Assembly: GCA_010909165.1 (NCBI GenBank)
Contig: VJWM01000134.1
Location: 496,001-560,000, forward strand
Source: Anthoceros angustus
Taxonomy: Eukaryota > Plantae > Anthocerotophyta
Length of the DNA: 64,000 nt
Direction: 5' to 3'
A program made the position numbers and the translations under genes. Below, piece after piece: positions 11,156 through 23,337 of this stretch; within the stretch, counting starts at the first letter, position 1, and each line of letters begins with the position of its first letter. The notes under the pieces are model-generated. The model saw nothing but the letters and a program-made list of their open reading frames with translations. It searched no databases and was not told where the DNA came from.

Positions 11156-13951
11156 TCTGATCAACCAATCCAAGTCCTTTCCGTGGGCAGTGTTTGAACT
11201 TGCAATGATTTTGTCCAAGATATCCTGCATTGTCGTCTTTGGATACATACTATACCTTAAAAATTCCCTCGCCGGCCAATATATAATGGTGTTGAATCTC
11301 AATATGCTTATGCATGAAAGAGGATTAGCGACAAGAGCAATGGCGACATATTGTCACACTAATTGGCCCTTCCCGCTTCATATCCAAATCTTCACATAGC
11401 TTTCTTCCCATTCGTTCTTCGTGGCTTCAGAGTGCTTTGTACTCGATGCTGAAAGTGATATTGCAGCTTGTTTTCTACAAGACCAATTAACAATAGTGGA
11501 GCCGAAGAAAGCAATATGAGATACTTTTTGGGTGTCGTCAAGCCCAATGTGCATCGACAAAGCATGTCGAGTATGCTCAGATAGGCTTGAAGCAGAGGCC
11601 ATAATTTGGAGTACCCTTGAGGTAGTGATGATGCGCTTGAGAGCAACCCGTGATCCTTTCGGATTCTCCGAGAACCGAGCAATAGCATTTACGATTTGAG
11701 ATATCTGTCTAGTTTGATTACTCAAGAACATGAGTACCAACTCCCATATGATAAGGAATATTTTCCATCTCTTTCTTTTCCTGTTCGATTGTGACATAGT
11801 AGATGAAAGCTTAACACACCTGTGTATCGTGCATTCTCCAAATTGAAGCATACCATACCACTACATCTTCCTTGATGGAGATAGATAGCACTGGTATCTC
11901 TATGTACATTACCAAGAATATATTTAACTTTGCCGAGATCCTTCATCTCGAATTCTTTACTAAGGTCGCTTTAATCTTGTTAACTAGTTCAATATTTGCT
12001 GTGAATAACTAAGTCATCAACATATAGTGCAACCAAGACAAGGGAGCTGTCCCTCAGTACATAGATATTGGTGTCGCTTCACTTTGGATAAAACCTATCT
12101 TCTTGAGGTAAGAGTCCATTCTCTCATACCATAAACGTGGGCTTTGCTTTAGTCCATAAATAGAACGAATAAGTTTACACACCTTGTTTGGGTATTGCTC
12201 ATCTTCATAGTCTTCTGGTTGATCCATATAGATCTCTTCTTGATGACCATAAAGGAAAGCAAGACAAACGCGTCGATAAATTTCCAGATTAAGCTCGCAC
12301 ATAAGCCGTGGAGCATTCTCACCAAGGCCTTGACATGTGTGAATAAACCTTATCGCCTGATAGTCCACTCCTCTTTCCGACTATAACCCTTAGCCACTAG
12401 TCTCGCCTTATAGCAATACGAGGTTCAACCTCCGGAATTTAGTTTGAGAACCCACTTGCATTTGACAAGAGTTCGCCTTTAGGCAAGTTTACTAGAGTCC
12501 AAGTATTGTTTTTGATAAGAGAATTATATTCATCATCAATAGCAAACTTCCACTTAGCCGCATCGTCGAATATGCCTCTTGAAGAGTGAGAGGATCTCCT
12601 CTCAAGGGCAACAGGAAATGACCGCGCAGTGGTGGTGTAGCCACTTGATTGAACTCTAAATCAAAGGGATCTCATTCCAGAGGTGTCTCGGTTGATGACG
12701 AAAGGATTCCAATGGATCAAGTATACGGAGAAGGTGGAGCAGGAACAGTCTCTGGGTCTTGAGAATTAAGAGCACCAAAGTCTTCTTTATTTTCATAAGG
12801 ATCGACAATGGCTCCTTCATCTTCCCCTCGGCGGAACAAAAGGGATAGATGCTTGAGGTGAAGAGGCCGAGGATGGAGCGCGTCCGAGGAAATGAAATGA
12901 GGGTCGAGTCAAAAGCAAGCATAAGGTCACCGGTCGGAAGCGGTTGTCCAAAGACGGCGAATCCATGGAACAGATGTGATGCTAACCGAGCCTCATCAAA
13001 AGTGAGCATGAGCATATACAATAGCATGGGTATCCAAGTCAACCAATTTATAAGCCTTACGGTCCTCGCCATAGCCAACAAATACACGAGCGGCGTAAAG
13101 CTTGTCGCGGTTGAGAGGAATAGCATAGGCGGGCAGAACCAAGATGAGTAATAAGAGGCTTAAAGGATTCAAGGGAGTCCGCCGAGTTGACTTGGAAGAA
13201 CCTCTGGCGAGCGTGTGATGATAACCCGGACGGAGGGGTTTGGGGAGTGACCTTGAACAGCCAGCGTGAGCCATGGCAAAAGGGCCGTTCAAGCAACCCC
13301 ATTAAGTATAGGAAGTAGTGACCGGATAATCCTCTCAACACCAAATCCTTGAATTGTCGGTTATTTTATTCTCCTGCTTTGTCAGATCTAAGGCACCGAA
13401 GCTTGCAACCGGTTTGCATTCTCAGAGGACACAAATGCTTGATAGCTTGCGGGAAGGGGGGCCAGCAGTTGGACACAAGCTTCAAACTCAGATAAGGGAG
13501 TGTCTAAAGCACCAAGCTGTGCCCGAAGATAACGAAACTTCCCAACATAAGTATCAATGCTCTCATTCTTATGCATGCGTAAGGAATAAAATTAAATTCA
13601 CAAGCTTACATAACATTGGTAGATTGAAAATATCTATTATGCCGCCAAGCCTCTGATGATGGTAGCCCCATCAATATGATGAAGAGTGACTTCATCTAGG
13701 CCCGAGATAAGGATATGCATAGCAAGCTTGTCTTGTTTCAACCAAGAGTCGAGGGCAGGCGAGGGCCCATTGGGATTGAGGACAGTTCCATCAATGGTGC
13801 CGAGTACATCTCTGGTATTCAAGACAGAACACATACGTTTGGACCATATTTTGAACTTAGTGCCATCGAAACGGTCCTTCTCCTTAAAATCAGACATCAC
13901 ATTCATATAATTGATAATGGGAGATGGTGGCACAATGGAAGTAGCCATCAC
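11156..13951 (-). mobile_element. Ty1/copia retrotransposon remnant (gag, 3' half of integrase, RT, RNase H); RNase H end also duplicated at 9448-9935
   Basis: Gag DRFDGTKFKIWSKRM and ESIDTYVGKFRYL; integrase remnant LRSD..GE / LNGVAER / FVGYGEDRKAYKL; RT FLYG..EEIYMDQPE, KLIRSIYGLKQSPRLWYE, MKDLGKVKYILG; RH FFGSTIVNWSCRKQ, KHIEIQHHYI. Order INT-RT-RH is copia. Confidence 0.9.
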
Positions 13952-15464
13952 TATAGAGATATAATCAAGAATGTAATAAGGTGCAGCAGGTGCTAATCAT
14001 GTTGGCCGGATTCGCCCAGGCGCAAGATCTTTGGAGGGGCGCCCAGTATCTCGGCGCGAAGATGAGGCGGCCCAGATTATGCCGGAAATCAATAGCCGCC
14101 TGATCAAGGCGTCAATTGTGTAGAAATCTCAAGAGGAATCAGGAATATGGGAGGCGCGGTCGATGCGGAGGCGCAACCCCAATGATCCCGGTGGCTGAAA
14201 ATCTGAGCGGCTGGCATGTGAACTCTGAATGAGCATTGAGATCCGCGACACTTGATGAAATCTTGGTGAGCTGGAAAGAGAGCGTGCTTTGAGGGATTTG
14301 GGCGCCTAAGCCGGGCGCCATTGATAGCAAGCAGTTCCCATAGATTGTAGGGGGTACCAGATCGAGATTCGAAGGAGTACACCGGACCCAATTTCTGATG
14401 CGGAAAACCTGGAAGTTTGCAGATCTAGAAGAAAGGAAGTTGGTGCAGCGACAGCTTGAGATCTGGATAATGCTGCTCTTGGAATCTCATTTGGTGATAA
14501 CTAATCATTCTTCCTAAAATGTGAGAGAAAGTCTGCAGCAGCAGCAACTTCTGCTCGAACTTGTATATAAGACATTGTCGGTTGTGATTGATTGCCACGC
14601 TAAGAAATTTGTTGAGGAGTTATTGATGAAGGTGATGTTGTCCGACCACCAGCATAATAGCGTTTCTTAGCAATAGGCGAAGAATGATGTTGACAACATT
14701 GATTAGAATGTTGTGACGATGAATTGTGTGTAGAGGAACTTTGAACTGGTGTAGTTGGTGAATAATGAGGAGAGTTGGATCCCGTATTGTATGAGCATTG
14801 GGAGGAGGAAGTTTGAACCTCGGCACTCGATAAATCTCCACAACACCTCAACAGATCAGGATCATCATTAGTGGACCAAGGTCTTGCTGACCTTTGTTTG
14901 ATAGAAACTCCTCTTGTTGATTTGTGTTGGCTAGAAGTTTCTCTTGTCGATGATGACATCAAGTCTTGTTCTAGAAAGAAACAGGATAGCACACAGGCTA
15001 TCTTACTCCCTAGACTTTTGACAAGAGACGAATTCAGCCGATACTGATGATAAGATTGTCGAGGGTGCACTCTTCGTCTGTTGCTCCTATCTAGTTCTCT
15101 GCTTCTCTTTGCATGATAACTCTTGTTATTTTGTTTTCTTGCCATATTGTAACTTTGATTGAAATGACTAAGGGACAAAGTTTTGAGCAAAAGAGAATGA
15201 TAAGAGTGCTAGAAGCGTTGGAAGAACAAGATAAAGTATGAGAGTGGCTATGAGCCATGAAACTTTGATGAATATAAAGGTTAATCATAGAAGAAGCCAA
15301 ACTATTTTATTAGTAAAATATGTTTGGTTGAATATAAGAGAAACCATTAATAAGTATAAAATAGCTTTATATTACAAATACCAAAAGCATTAGAAAGACG
15401 TTGCATATTAGCAAAACATCTAAATTAACATCATAATGCATGGTGGACTTAGTAATCAAACTAT

Positions 15465-15640
15465 GCTTTGATAGCAAGTTTGAGGTGCTTTGTGGAAGCA
15501 TTTGATCAAATTTTAGTACTAATTGATACAATTGATTACAAGAGATGGGCTTTTATAGCCTGTGTTTGAAGAGTTGTACCTCTTCGGTACAAGATACCAA
15601 AGGGTATGACCACGCTGGGTTTAGCTAAGGTAACCATAAC
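15465..15640 (-). mobile_element. Short copia-type LTR fragment (15478-15640) with degenerate tRNA-iMet PBS (15465-15476)
   Basis: Reverse complement of 19894-20064; followed on minus strand by TGCTATCAAAGC (2 mismatches to TGGTATCAGAGC); contains TATAAAAG. Confidence 0.7.
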
Positions 15641-15720
15641 CACTACTAGAAAACACTACCCTTTTATGACGGTGGCGTTGTGACGCACCCGTTTGTCATC
15701 ATTATCACATCAAACTATAA
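15641..15720 (+). mobile_element. CACTA transposon terminus
   Basis: CACTACTAGAAAA terminal motif interrupting the LTR, followed by subterminal ATGACG/GTCAT motifs. Matching opposite end not found in the window. Confidence 0.6.
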
Positions 15721-15949
15721 TAACGCTGGCTGGGGGAAATGACATTCACATGCTATTTGGCGATTATGTTAATCGGGAGGGAATGATGCACCCACCTGAA
15801 CGTCATTCTCTCTATGCCTAAACCGTAGCTGACCGTGAGGCACCAGTTTCCGCCGGTTTTGGGTGGTGTTTAATGGGTTGCCACCAACCCAAAGTGGCTC
15901 GGAAGCCCCTGTTGGGCACCATCCATGCCCGCCCGGGTGATATCGGCCC

Positions 15950-17360
15950 GCCGGTAAGCAGCGAAGATCGGTGGCCGTCTCGACCGCGGAGGGTGTTCTT
16001 TCCACCTATCCAATTGACTACCGTTGGGCCTTTCGCCCTACGTTCCGCCACGCCAACGGGTGTCTGTGTATGTGCCAGAACCCCGACGGCGTTCTTACCG
16101 TGGAGGACGTTGCCACATTGCGCCGCAGCGTCGTCTACAAGGCAGACCTGGGAGATGGCGACCTCCCCCTAGCCACGTCACCCATGTCAACCACATCCCA
16201 GTCCATGGGCCATGGCCATGGCCCTTTTCTATGTGGATAGTACTATACGTAATGGATATTGATTTCGATGGCCAAGGACAAATGCAGAACGCCCTTGCTA
16301 TAAAACATTGGTTGCCTCCTTCAATTACACCTTGCCTGGCCGTAGACGGTCCACACACACCGGAAGCGAGTTGGTTGCTGGGCAATTGGGCGACCGTGGA
16401 GTTGTTATTGTTCTTGTTCACGCCAACCAGCGGACTACGGGTCAAACCATGTAGCTACGATTCTGGCGGCGGCAAATGCCTCATTGACTGCGGTCTTGAG
16501 GGTCTGTTTCAGGCTTCCACACAACGCATTCTTGTCATCCCATTCCCTATGCAATTTCCATTCGCGGTAGCCATAACGGGAGCTACAGACTGTTCAAAAA
16601 CGTTAACCGTGCCATGGCAAACACTGACAAGTAGCATACAAATGTAACTACTCCCCGCCACTCAGTGAGCCAATTCCTCTATGCCTGTTACATGAGGCCG
16701 TGGGCGCCTACAACAACCACGACCTGATCAAGTTCAAGAGGAAGGCATACCGCCGTTTCCCACGATGGCACTCCCGGTCCGATATGTCGACATGCCCGAT
16801 CACTGGCTGGCGAGCGGCGAGGACCACTGCACCGTCAGTTTACAATGAAGTCGGCGTGAGCAAAAGACTCCTCCGCATCTCGTTGTATATATGAAGGAGT
16901 CGACAAAAGTACTCAATACGCAGCCTCGCCCAGCTTTCATCGCTATTTTCAAGGTCCCAACCTTCTTGCAGGGAATCAGAATGATACTCGCCCATCGCCT
17001 GCAAAGCCCGATCCACACAATCAGCCGCTTCTTGTCCCAAGGTGGCCCTATTGTGCGGGTCATCACACTCGTCTCATAATGCGTATGGCGTAGATAGTCC
17101 ACCTGGGTCTCCAGCTGCGGCAGGAGGCCGCTTCCTTCTGGCCGATGTGGCATACCAAGCCGGTATGTTTCTGCTGTGAAAGTGGGGTCCAAATCGATGA
17201 CCTGCACGTCAAACCTGTGAGCTAGCAAGAACGGGCAGAACATCAACTTGCTAACCGGTGTGGAGACTTCGACCACCAACGGACGTTCCACAATCGCAGA
17301 CTCAAGTCGCAGATCCTCAACAATGTCAGCAACAAAGGAGCCTAGCTCCTTGGCTCTCTC
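15950..17360 (-). mobile_element. Possible highly decayed LINE reverse transcriptase
   Basis: Weak collinear remnants of LINE RT motifs: IEYFC..IYNE, (W)RP...CN, SKGV.(G)CPLA, ISQVCLVDD (YADD-like). Needs frameshift correction throughout. Confidence 0.3.
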
Positions 17361-17368
17361 AAGCTTGT

Positions 17369-19690
17369 TGTGGACTATGGACTTCCCTTGGGGGGTAGGA
17401 ATTAAGTGGGGTTTTGTTTTTTTGGTAGGTTGGAATAGTAAAATAAGGCGGAAAAGGAGGAATAAGCACGGATGGCGCTCGGGGGTTTGGACTCGAGTAT
17501 ACTCCGGACTCCGGAGTGGGCAGCGTGCCGGTACCACTATGGCGAGCTCGGGACTACGCGGTGTAGCAGGATAAGTCGGACCCCCTCGGTCAAAAGCAGG
17601 ATAAATCGCCCGGAAAGTAACTTAGAAGTTGAGTCGTGAGGGACGAGACTAGCGGCGCCACGTGGGCGGCCACAGTGGAGGCGGGCATGCGGCGGGGCCG
17701 GGGCCGTAGCCTTGCAGGGGCCGTTATAGCGGTATTCACGCCCAGCATGTGGCGTAAGGCAATCTGGCGTAGGCGTAAGCGGGCGTAAGGTCGAGTAAGC
17801 CATGAGACCTCAGCGATTCTGACGAGGAAGGCGCCTTCATTGATTACTTCAGCGGCGCGGCGGAGGAAGGTCATTTCATTTGACCTCGAGACAATTCTCG
17901 CGATCTCTTGCGCTCATAACCCGGCTCTCTGGCGCTATCTCTTTGAGCGCCCAGCATCTTTGACGCGGCTCACCGTCGGGGTTGGCGGTGAGCAGCGAAG
18001 GCGCATCGTGCCGGACTCCGGCCAGCTGACTCTGACGAGGAGAAGAAGGCGATGGCACCCAAAAGGCTGCGGTGCAGGAGCCATGGAACTGGTAGGCGCA
18101 ACATTGTGACGGCGCTATCCGGACTTTGGGCCCCCTGGAGGAGGCGGGGAATTAGTCGGTGGCACTTAGATGTGTTCAGTATGGCGTTGTGATGTCACTC
18201 TGTCGGGAGTTCGGGAAGATGTTGGCGGCCAACAAGGAGGTTGTCAGAACCTCGGGAGGATCTAAGCGATGGACCTTGGAGGTCTGAGGCGACCTACAAC
18301 CGCCCAAAGGAGGAAGATGGGGCGAGTCCCGCAGCCCCTCAAGGCGAAGGAAAGATAGGCCGCCACAAGCGGCGCCGAGGCTCGAACGCACGGACAACCA
18401 ACGGCTGGTTGATATCGACTGGCCGATGCCGAGTAAGGGTCAGTAGTCTTGGATTATTGTCCATTGAACTCGCCACCAAGGTGGATCACCTGGTGATAAT
18501 TTGCTGGTTCCCGCATGCTACATGGGAAGAGGGCGGATCGGGAAGGATTATCTTCGCCCGGCTCAGGTGAGGCCCAAGAAGCCGAGGAGCGAAGCCCGCT
18601 ACTGACCGCCCCATACCGATCCATGTATGGGGACATTTCGAGCCCCTCAAGGAGGAGAGATCGAGCGGGCGCCCGGGGCCGAGGCCTGCCAAGTGGAGCG
18701 CAAGGGCGCCCGAGGTGGGGCCACCCCCAAGGCCAAACGGACCCGGAGGAGGACGACGAGGGGATTCCTGACCATACGCCCTGAACTGACCCTCACCACC
18801 CGGAAGTATGGAAGAAATCCCCGCCTTCTCCTGTCTTCCTCCGAGCAATCAACGCAGCAGAGGGAACGACGGGAGTTGGCGGTTGCCCTGAAAGAACCAA
18901 ACGCAGTCACGAGCCCACGACTCGGAACCAAGAGGCGCAAGATGCTTTACCAACGCAAAGCACTCAGACGGTGTGGCCTTCTACCCGCCCAATGAGTGGC
19001 AAGAGGTCAAGAGGGTAAGGAGGGCGTGACGCTGCTGGAGGAGGTCACCGCGCAGCCTGCACCTGAGCCGGCCCCTGCCTCGGCAAAGAAGGGCTAGCCC
19101 TGACTTCTCACCCCCCTCCGAGCCCTGTGACGAAGAGGCAACAGAACCCTGCCAAGAGGGCTAAGGAGGGTGAAGCTCCGAGCCAAGACTCAGACCTAAG
19201 GGTCCCTGATTAGGTTCGGAGAACCAACGGACTTACTCCGATCATGGTATGGAGGTCCTTGGACCGCGAAATGCCCGCCTCCCACTACGGACTTTGTGGG
19301 GTCTCACTGGCGGCCGTGGAAGAAACACGGTCTGCATGCCATGATAAGCCAGGGGTCTCATGGGGACCCGAGAAGACCCGGAGGTAGAAGCCACCCGTAG
19401 TGGCTCCCTCCGTGAGGCTTGAGGGCCTGTGAGGCAAGGAGGAAGGCCAAGCTCACGCATCAAGAAGGGAAGCAGTGGAGGCCGAGAGGAAGTCTGGTCC
19501 ATCCGACAGACCGGATTAAATTCCTTCACCGGGTAGCAACAGCATGTGAGGCCAAGCACGGAGTCAAGACCTCCGCAGCGAGAGGAGGCGCACAGGAGGC
19601 AGAGGAGGCCCGCGCTGAGAAGGCTCGTGACTGCTGAGGCCCGACCGACCGCCAAATGGGCGGGCTTCAGTGAAGCGGGGAGGAGGCGCC
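17369..19690 (+). mobile_element. Second copy of the gypsy post-integrase region including accessory ORF (ATG 18052), inverted relative to ~6220-8465
   Basis: Continuous reverse-complement similarity, e.g. GGAATAAGCACGGATGGCGC, GATGTTGGCGGCCAACAAGGAGG, CCGATCCATGTATGGGGACATTTCGAGC. Confidence 0.9.
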
Positions 19691-19864
19691 GAGGCGATCT
19701 TATCTCGAAGTTCGATTAAGTTGAGCTATTGCCTAATCTACTTGCTAATAATTTAAGGATTGACGATCGGTGAGTTGAGTTTAGTTGAAGACCGTAGTAC
19801 TTATACAATACTCCAAATGTGCAAGTGATTATTAGTTTTTTGATTTAGATAATCCAACTAGTCT

Positions 19865-20064
19865 GAGAGGGAGAGTTAGAAGTACATACTGCGTTGGTTA
19901 TGGTTAGCTTAGCTAAACCTAGCGTGGTCATACCCTTTGGTATCTTGTACCGAAGAGGTACAACTCTTCAAATACAGGCTATAAAAGCCCAACTCTTGTA
20001 ATCAATTGTATCAATTAATAATGCACTAAATTTTGATCAAACGCTTCCGCAAAGCACCTCAAAC
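19865..20064 (+). mobile_element. PPT (GAGAGGGAGAG, 19865-19875) plus ~190 bp copia-type 3' LTR
   Basis: Purine tract directly before the repeat that matches 15478-15640 in inverted orientation. Confidence 0.65.
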
Positions 20065-21408
20065 TAGAGCATTTCAAGAGCGGTGACGGCTTGGAGTACA
20101 ACATGTCTATGATCGGAAACTCATGAATTCAATTTGGTCCACATCACTTGGTAAGGATACACATAAATGTTTCGCAAACAAGCAGTGAGGGTCCACGGGC
20201 AGTCAATGTGCCTTACCATCCGTGTACAAACCAACCTTCCTCAAGGCTTCCGACGTGTAAGCATTGCTTCCACCAACGAGGTGCAAGAAGATGCTTGCAG
20301 GAAGAAAGAAGCAAGGTCCAATCAGTTGGAGTGCAGTGAATCGCAGTAATCGCTGACAAGTAAGAAAGGTGCTATTAGGAGTCTCGATCGGAAGCCAGGC
20401 GTAATTGCCATTGCGCCCATGGCACCTACACCTATGTCTCGCTCAAGGCCCATCCAACTACAATAAGATCTCATTGATCAATTAGTGCAGGAATTGCAGT
20501 AAGCAAGGGCTCTGGATATATACTAGCTGGAGAAATGAAGGGAAGGGGACGTACCACAAATTCAAGCTTCCCAAAGATGGTTGCATCATCATATACATAG
20601 CTGCTAAGCTCGGAACCATGGATTCCTCATGAGGTCAGTACAACTGCAAGCAAGACAATATGGTCTGCAAACATTTCATTGTGCATGCGCGATGTGCATG
20701 CATTGGGTGCTGTGTCATGACGATTAGGACATGCATGTGGAGGATAGATGCTATAAACGAGGCATAGCATGGATGGATGTGGCAGTCTCATTTGTGTCTA
20801 TCTAAGTGAATGTCGTCCCAGGTTTGATAGTGAGGAGGGAGGCACAGGTAGCCATGCGAAACGAACATGAGTTCGGTTGTCCATTTGAATTACAGAAATG
20901 AATCTCGTACACATGAGAAATGCTAAGAGCCTAATACAAATGGATGGCTACTTGATCTCCATGAAGCCAATGCAGTTGCTACCGTGTGCTTTATTCGTGA
21001 ATCCGAAAAACCTTGTTCATGAAGATAGATGTCCGTCAAGCTTGTTGCAGGCATCAGCATGATCCGCAATGGTATCATGTCATGGTTCCTGTTGACAAGC
21101 TGCAAAGTCACACGATGTATGTTTGTGAATATCAAACTAGGTAGCCTATAACCACTTTCATTTCATGTAGCTACGACCTTGAGGCTTGTTAGCTGCATGC
21201 TTGTGCAATGGGCTCCGACTTGAGCCACCTGCTTTAATGACGGACAAATGTATTCCTAAGGAGCCTAATAGGGAGGGGAGGGGGTTACCTAATAAGGACG
21301 TGTAGACTTTTCCCTCTTGATCTACTCGGCTTCCAAACAAATCCTCTTGGTACTACCACAATACCTTTGTCAGACTACATCCATCAGCCAGCGCAACGTC
21401 AGCATGAT

Positions 21409-22430
21409 CCTAATGCTCTAATGTCACCAGCTATTGCAAACTCGGTTGCAAATTTACCTCTGGTCGCTCATCGAACTTAAGCTGCTTGGAGAGATTTTTC
21501 ATGGTGATACGTCCACCTGCCTGACGCAAAATGTTCTTGATTTCATTTTCAATTGCAGCGGCCTTGGACATGAGCGCTCTGCCTGTGCCTGTGCCTATGG
21601 TGGCAGCGCCTGCAGCCTCTCCCGCCTGCACCCACATTTCAAGAGCGGCGATGGCTTACAATATAGCATGTCTTTGACCTAATGCTCCGATGTCACCTAT
21701 TGCCACCTGGGTCGCAAATTTACCTCTGGTCGCTCAGCGAGCTTAAGCTTAGCGACAACATCTTTGGTGGTGATTCTTCCACTTGCCTTGGACATGGGTG
21801 CCCTACCTCTGCCTCGGCCTCTGCCTCTACCTCTACCCCTTGTGGCAGCATCGGAAGCCTCTACCGCCTGCCACATTTCAAAAGCAGCGATGGTGTAGAA
21901 TACAAAATGTCAATGAATTACTGCTCTGATGCCACCTATTGCCACCTGGGTCGTGAATTTACCTCTGGTCGCTCAGCGAGCTTAAGCTTAGCGACGACAT
22001 CTTTGGTACGTCTGCCTGCCTGAAGCAAATTGTTCCCATTTTCATGTTCAATTGCAGTAGCCTTGGACATGGGTGCTCCACGTCTGCCTCTGCCTCTGCC
22101 TTTGCCTCTACCCCTGGTGGTAGCACCGGAAGCCTCTGCTGCCTGCATCCACATTTCAAAAGCAGCGATCGCATAGAGTACAGCATGTCGATGACCTATT
22201 GCTCTAATGTCATCTATATATTGCTACCTGGGTCGCGAATTTACCTCTGGTCGCTTAGCGAGCTTAAGCTTAGAGACAACATCTTTAGTGTTCCCGATTT
22301 CATGTTCAACTGCAGCAGCCTTGGACATGAATGCTATGCCTCTGGTGGCAGCGCCAGAAGCCTCTATGGCCTACATCCACATTTCAAGAGCGGCAATGGC
22401 TTAGAGTAGTCTAGCATGTCTATGACCTGA
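21409..22430 (-). repeat. Four diverged ~240-280 bp tandem units (partial fifth at ~20067-20180) encoding RG-rich plus helical segments
   Basis: Recurring AATTTACCTCTGGTCGCT, GCCTTGGACATG, CACATTTCAA(A/G)AGC; minus-strand translation AIAAFEMW..A.EA...RGRGRGRG.PMSKA..IE.E...LLQAGGRITTKDVVAKLKLAERPEVN. Confidence 0.85.
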
Positions 22431-22609
22431 AACTCACAAATTCAGTCTGGTCTATATCACTAGGTAAGGATACACATAAATTTTATCGCAGTTGTGTCGA
22501 AAACAAGGTACGGTACGAGGAATAGTCCTCAAAGGCAGTCCAAGAATTAAGCTAGTACAAACAAGCGTTCCAAAGAAGTGCAAGCAAGTGATCCGGGTTG
22601 TAGGGTTGT

Positions 22610-22810
22610 AAGAATTAGAACGCACATGATCCTGAGGCTTGTCTTCCCGATCCTGGGGAATAGACTGCACATCATCCTCGTCCTCCCGATCCTGGGGATT
22701 AGAACGCACATCATCCTCGTCCTCCTGATCCTGGGGATTATAGCGCACATGATCCTCGTCCTCCCAATCCTGATTACTAGAACACACATGATCCTCGTCC
22801 TCCCGATCCC
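22610..22810 (-). repeat. About five 42-bp coding-type tandem repeats (acidic 14-aa unit)
   Basis: ORF 22452-22841 reads ...QDREDEDHVRSNP... repeated; DNA unit CGCACATGATCCTCGTCCTCCCGATCCTGGGGATTAGAA-like. Confidence 0.8.
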
Positions 22811-23337
22811 ATATCCGTGACTTGGCAAGCAGCTTCTTCATTTCTTTGCCTGATTCAGTGAGACGACCGGCCTCGGGACCTTCTTGCTCTTGCTTGTAAC
22901 CTTCTCTACCTTGCTCATCCTCATCCTACCCTCCATTTTCAAGAGGATGTACGCCAAGCCATGGCCACCAGTATGAGAAATAAATCCAGTTAAATACACA
23001 CACACAAATCCAGTGAGTATTAGTAGTCCAACATCACACAGTACCACTACTTAGGGTGTTAAGAGATGCATGCACCTGGTCGAACTCTAGGGGAGCATGA
23101 TTTTGAGGATGGAATCCCGCTGTGAGTTCGTCGTGGTCATTTTCAGGTCCAACATGCATGGCCAGGTCATCGTCTGAGAATGTATCCTCATGGTCCCAGT
23201 CATCTCCTACACAAAAAGCAAAACCAGGATGCACCACTATAATCTAGCTGGGAATTGAAAGGCTAGCCAGCTGCAGGGGGAGATAAGCAGAAGCTATCGC
23301 AAAGTGAATGCTAGCATGAGCGTGCACATAAACAGTG

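Larger units (their letters stand above)
8193..11614. repeat. Direct tandem duplication, ~1.7 kb unit (8193-9935 and 9936-11614)
   Basis: CCGACCTCC...GGAGTACC block occurs twice; junction GGAGTACC/CGACCTCC at ~9936; copies differ by many small indels. Confidence 0.85.

Noticed and set aside
1-20000. Programmed frameshifting or RNA editing to explain broken TE ORFs
   Set aside because: Breaks are numerous, differ between duplicate copies and cluster at homopolymers; decay or consensus error is simpler.
23045-23060. CACTAC at 23045 as second CACTA terminus
   Set aside because: Not followed by the AGAAAA-type TIR and in the same orientation as 15641.
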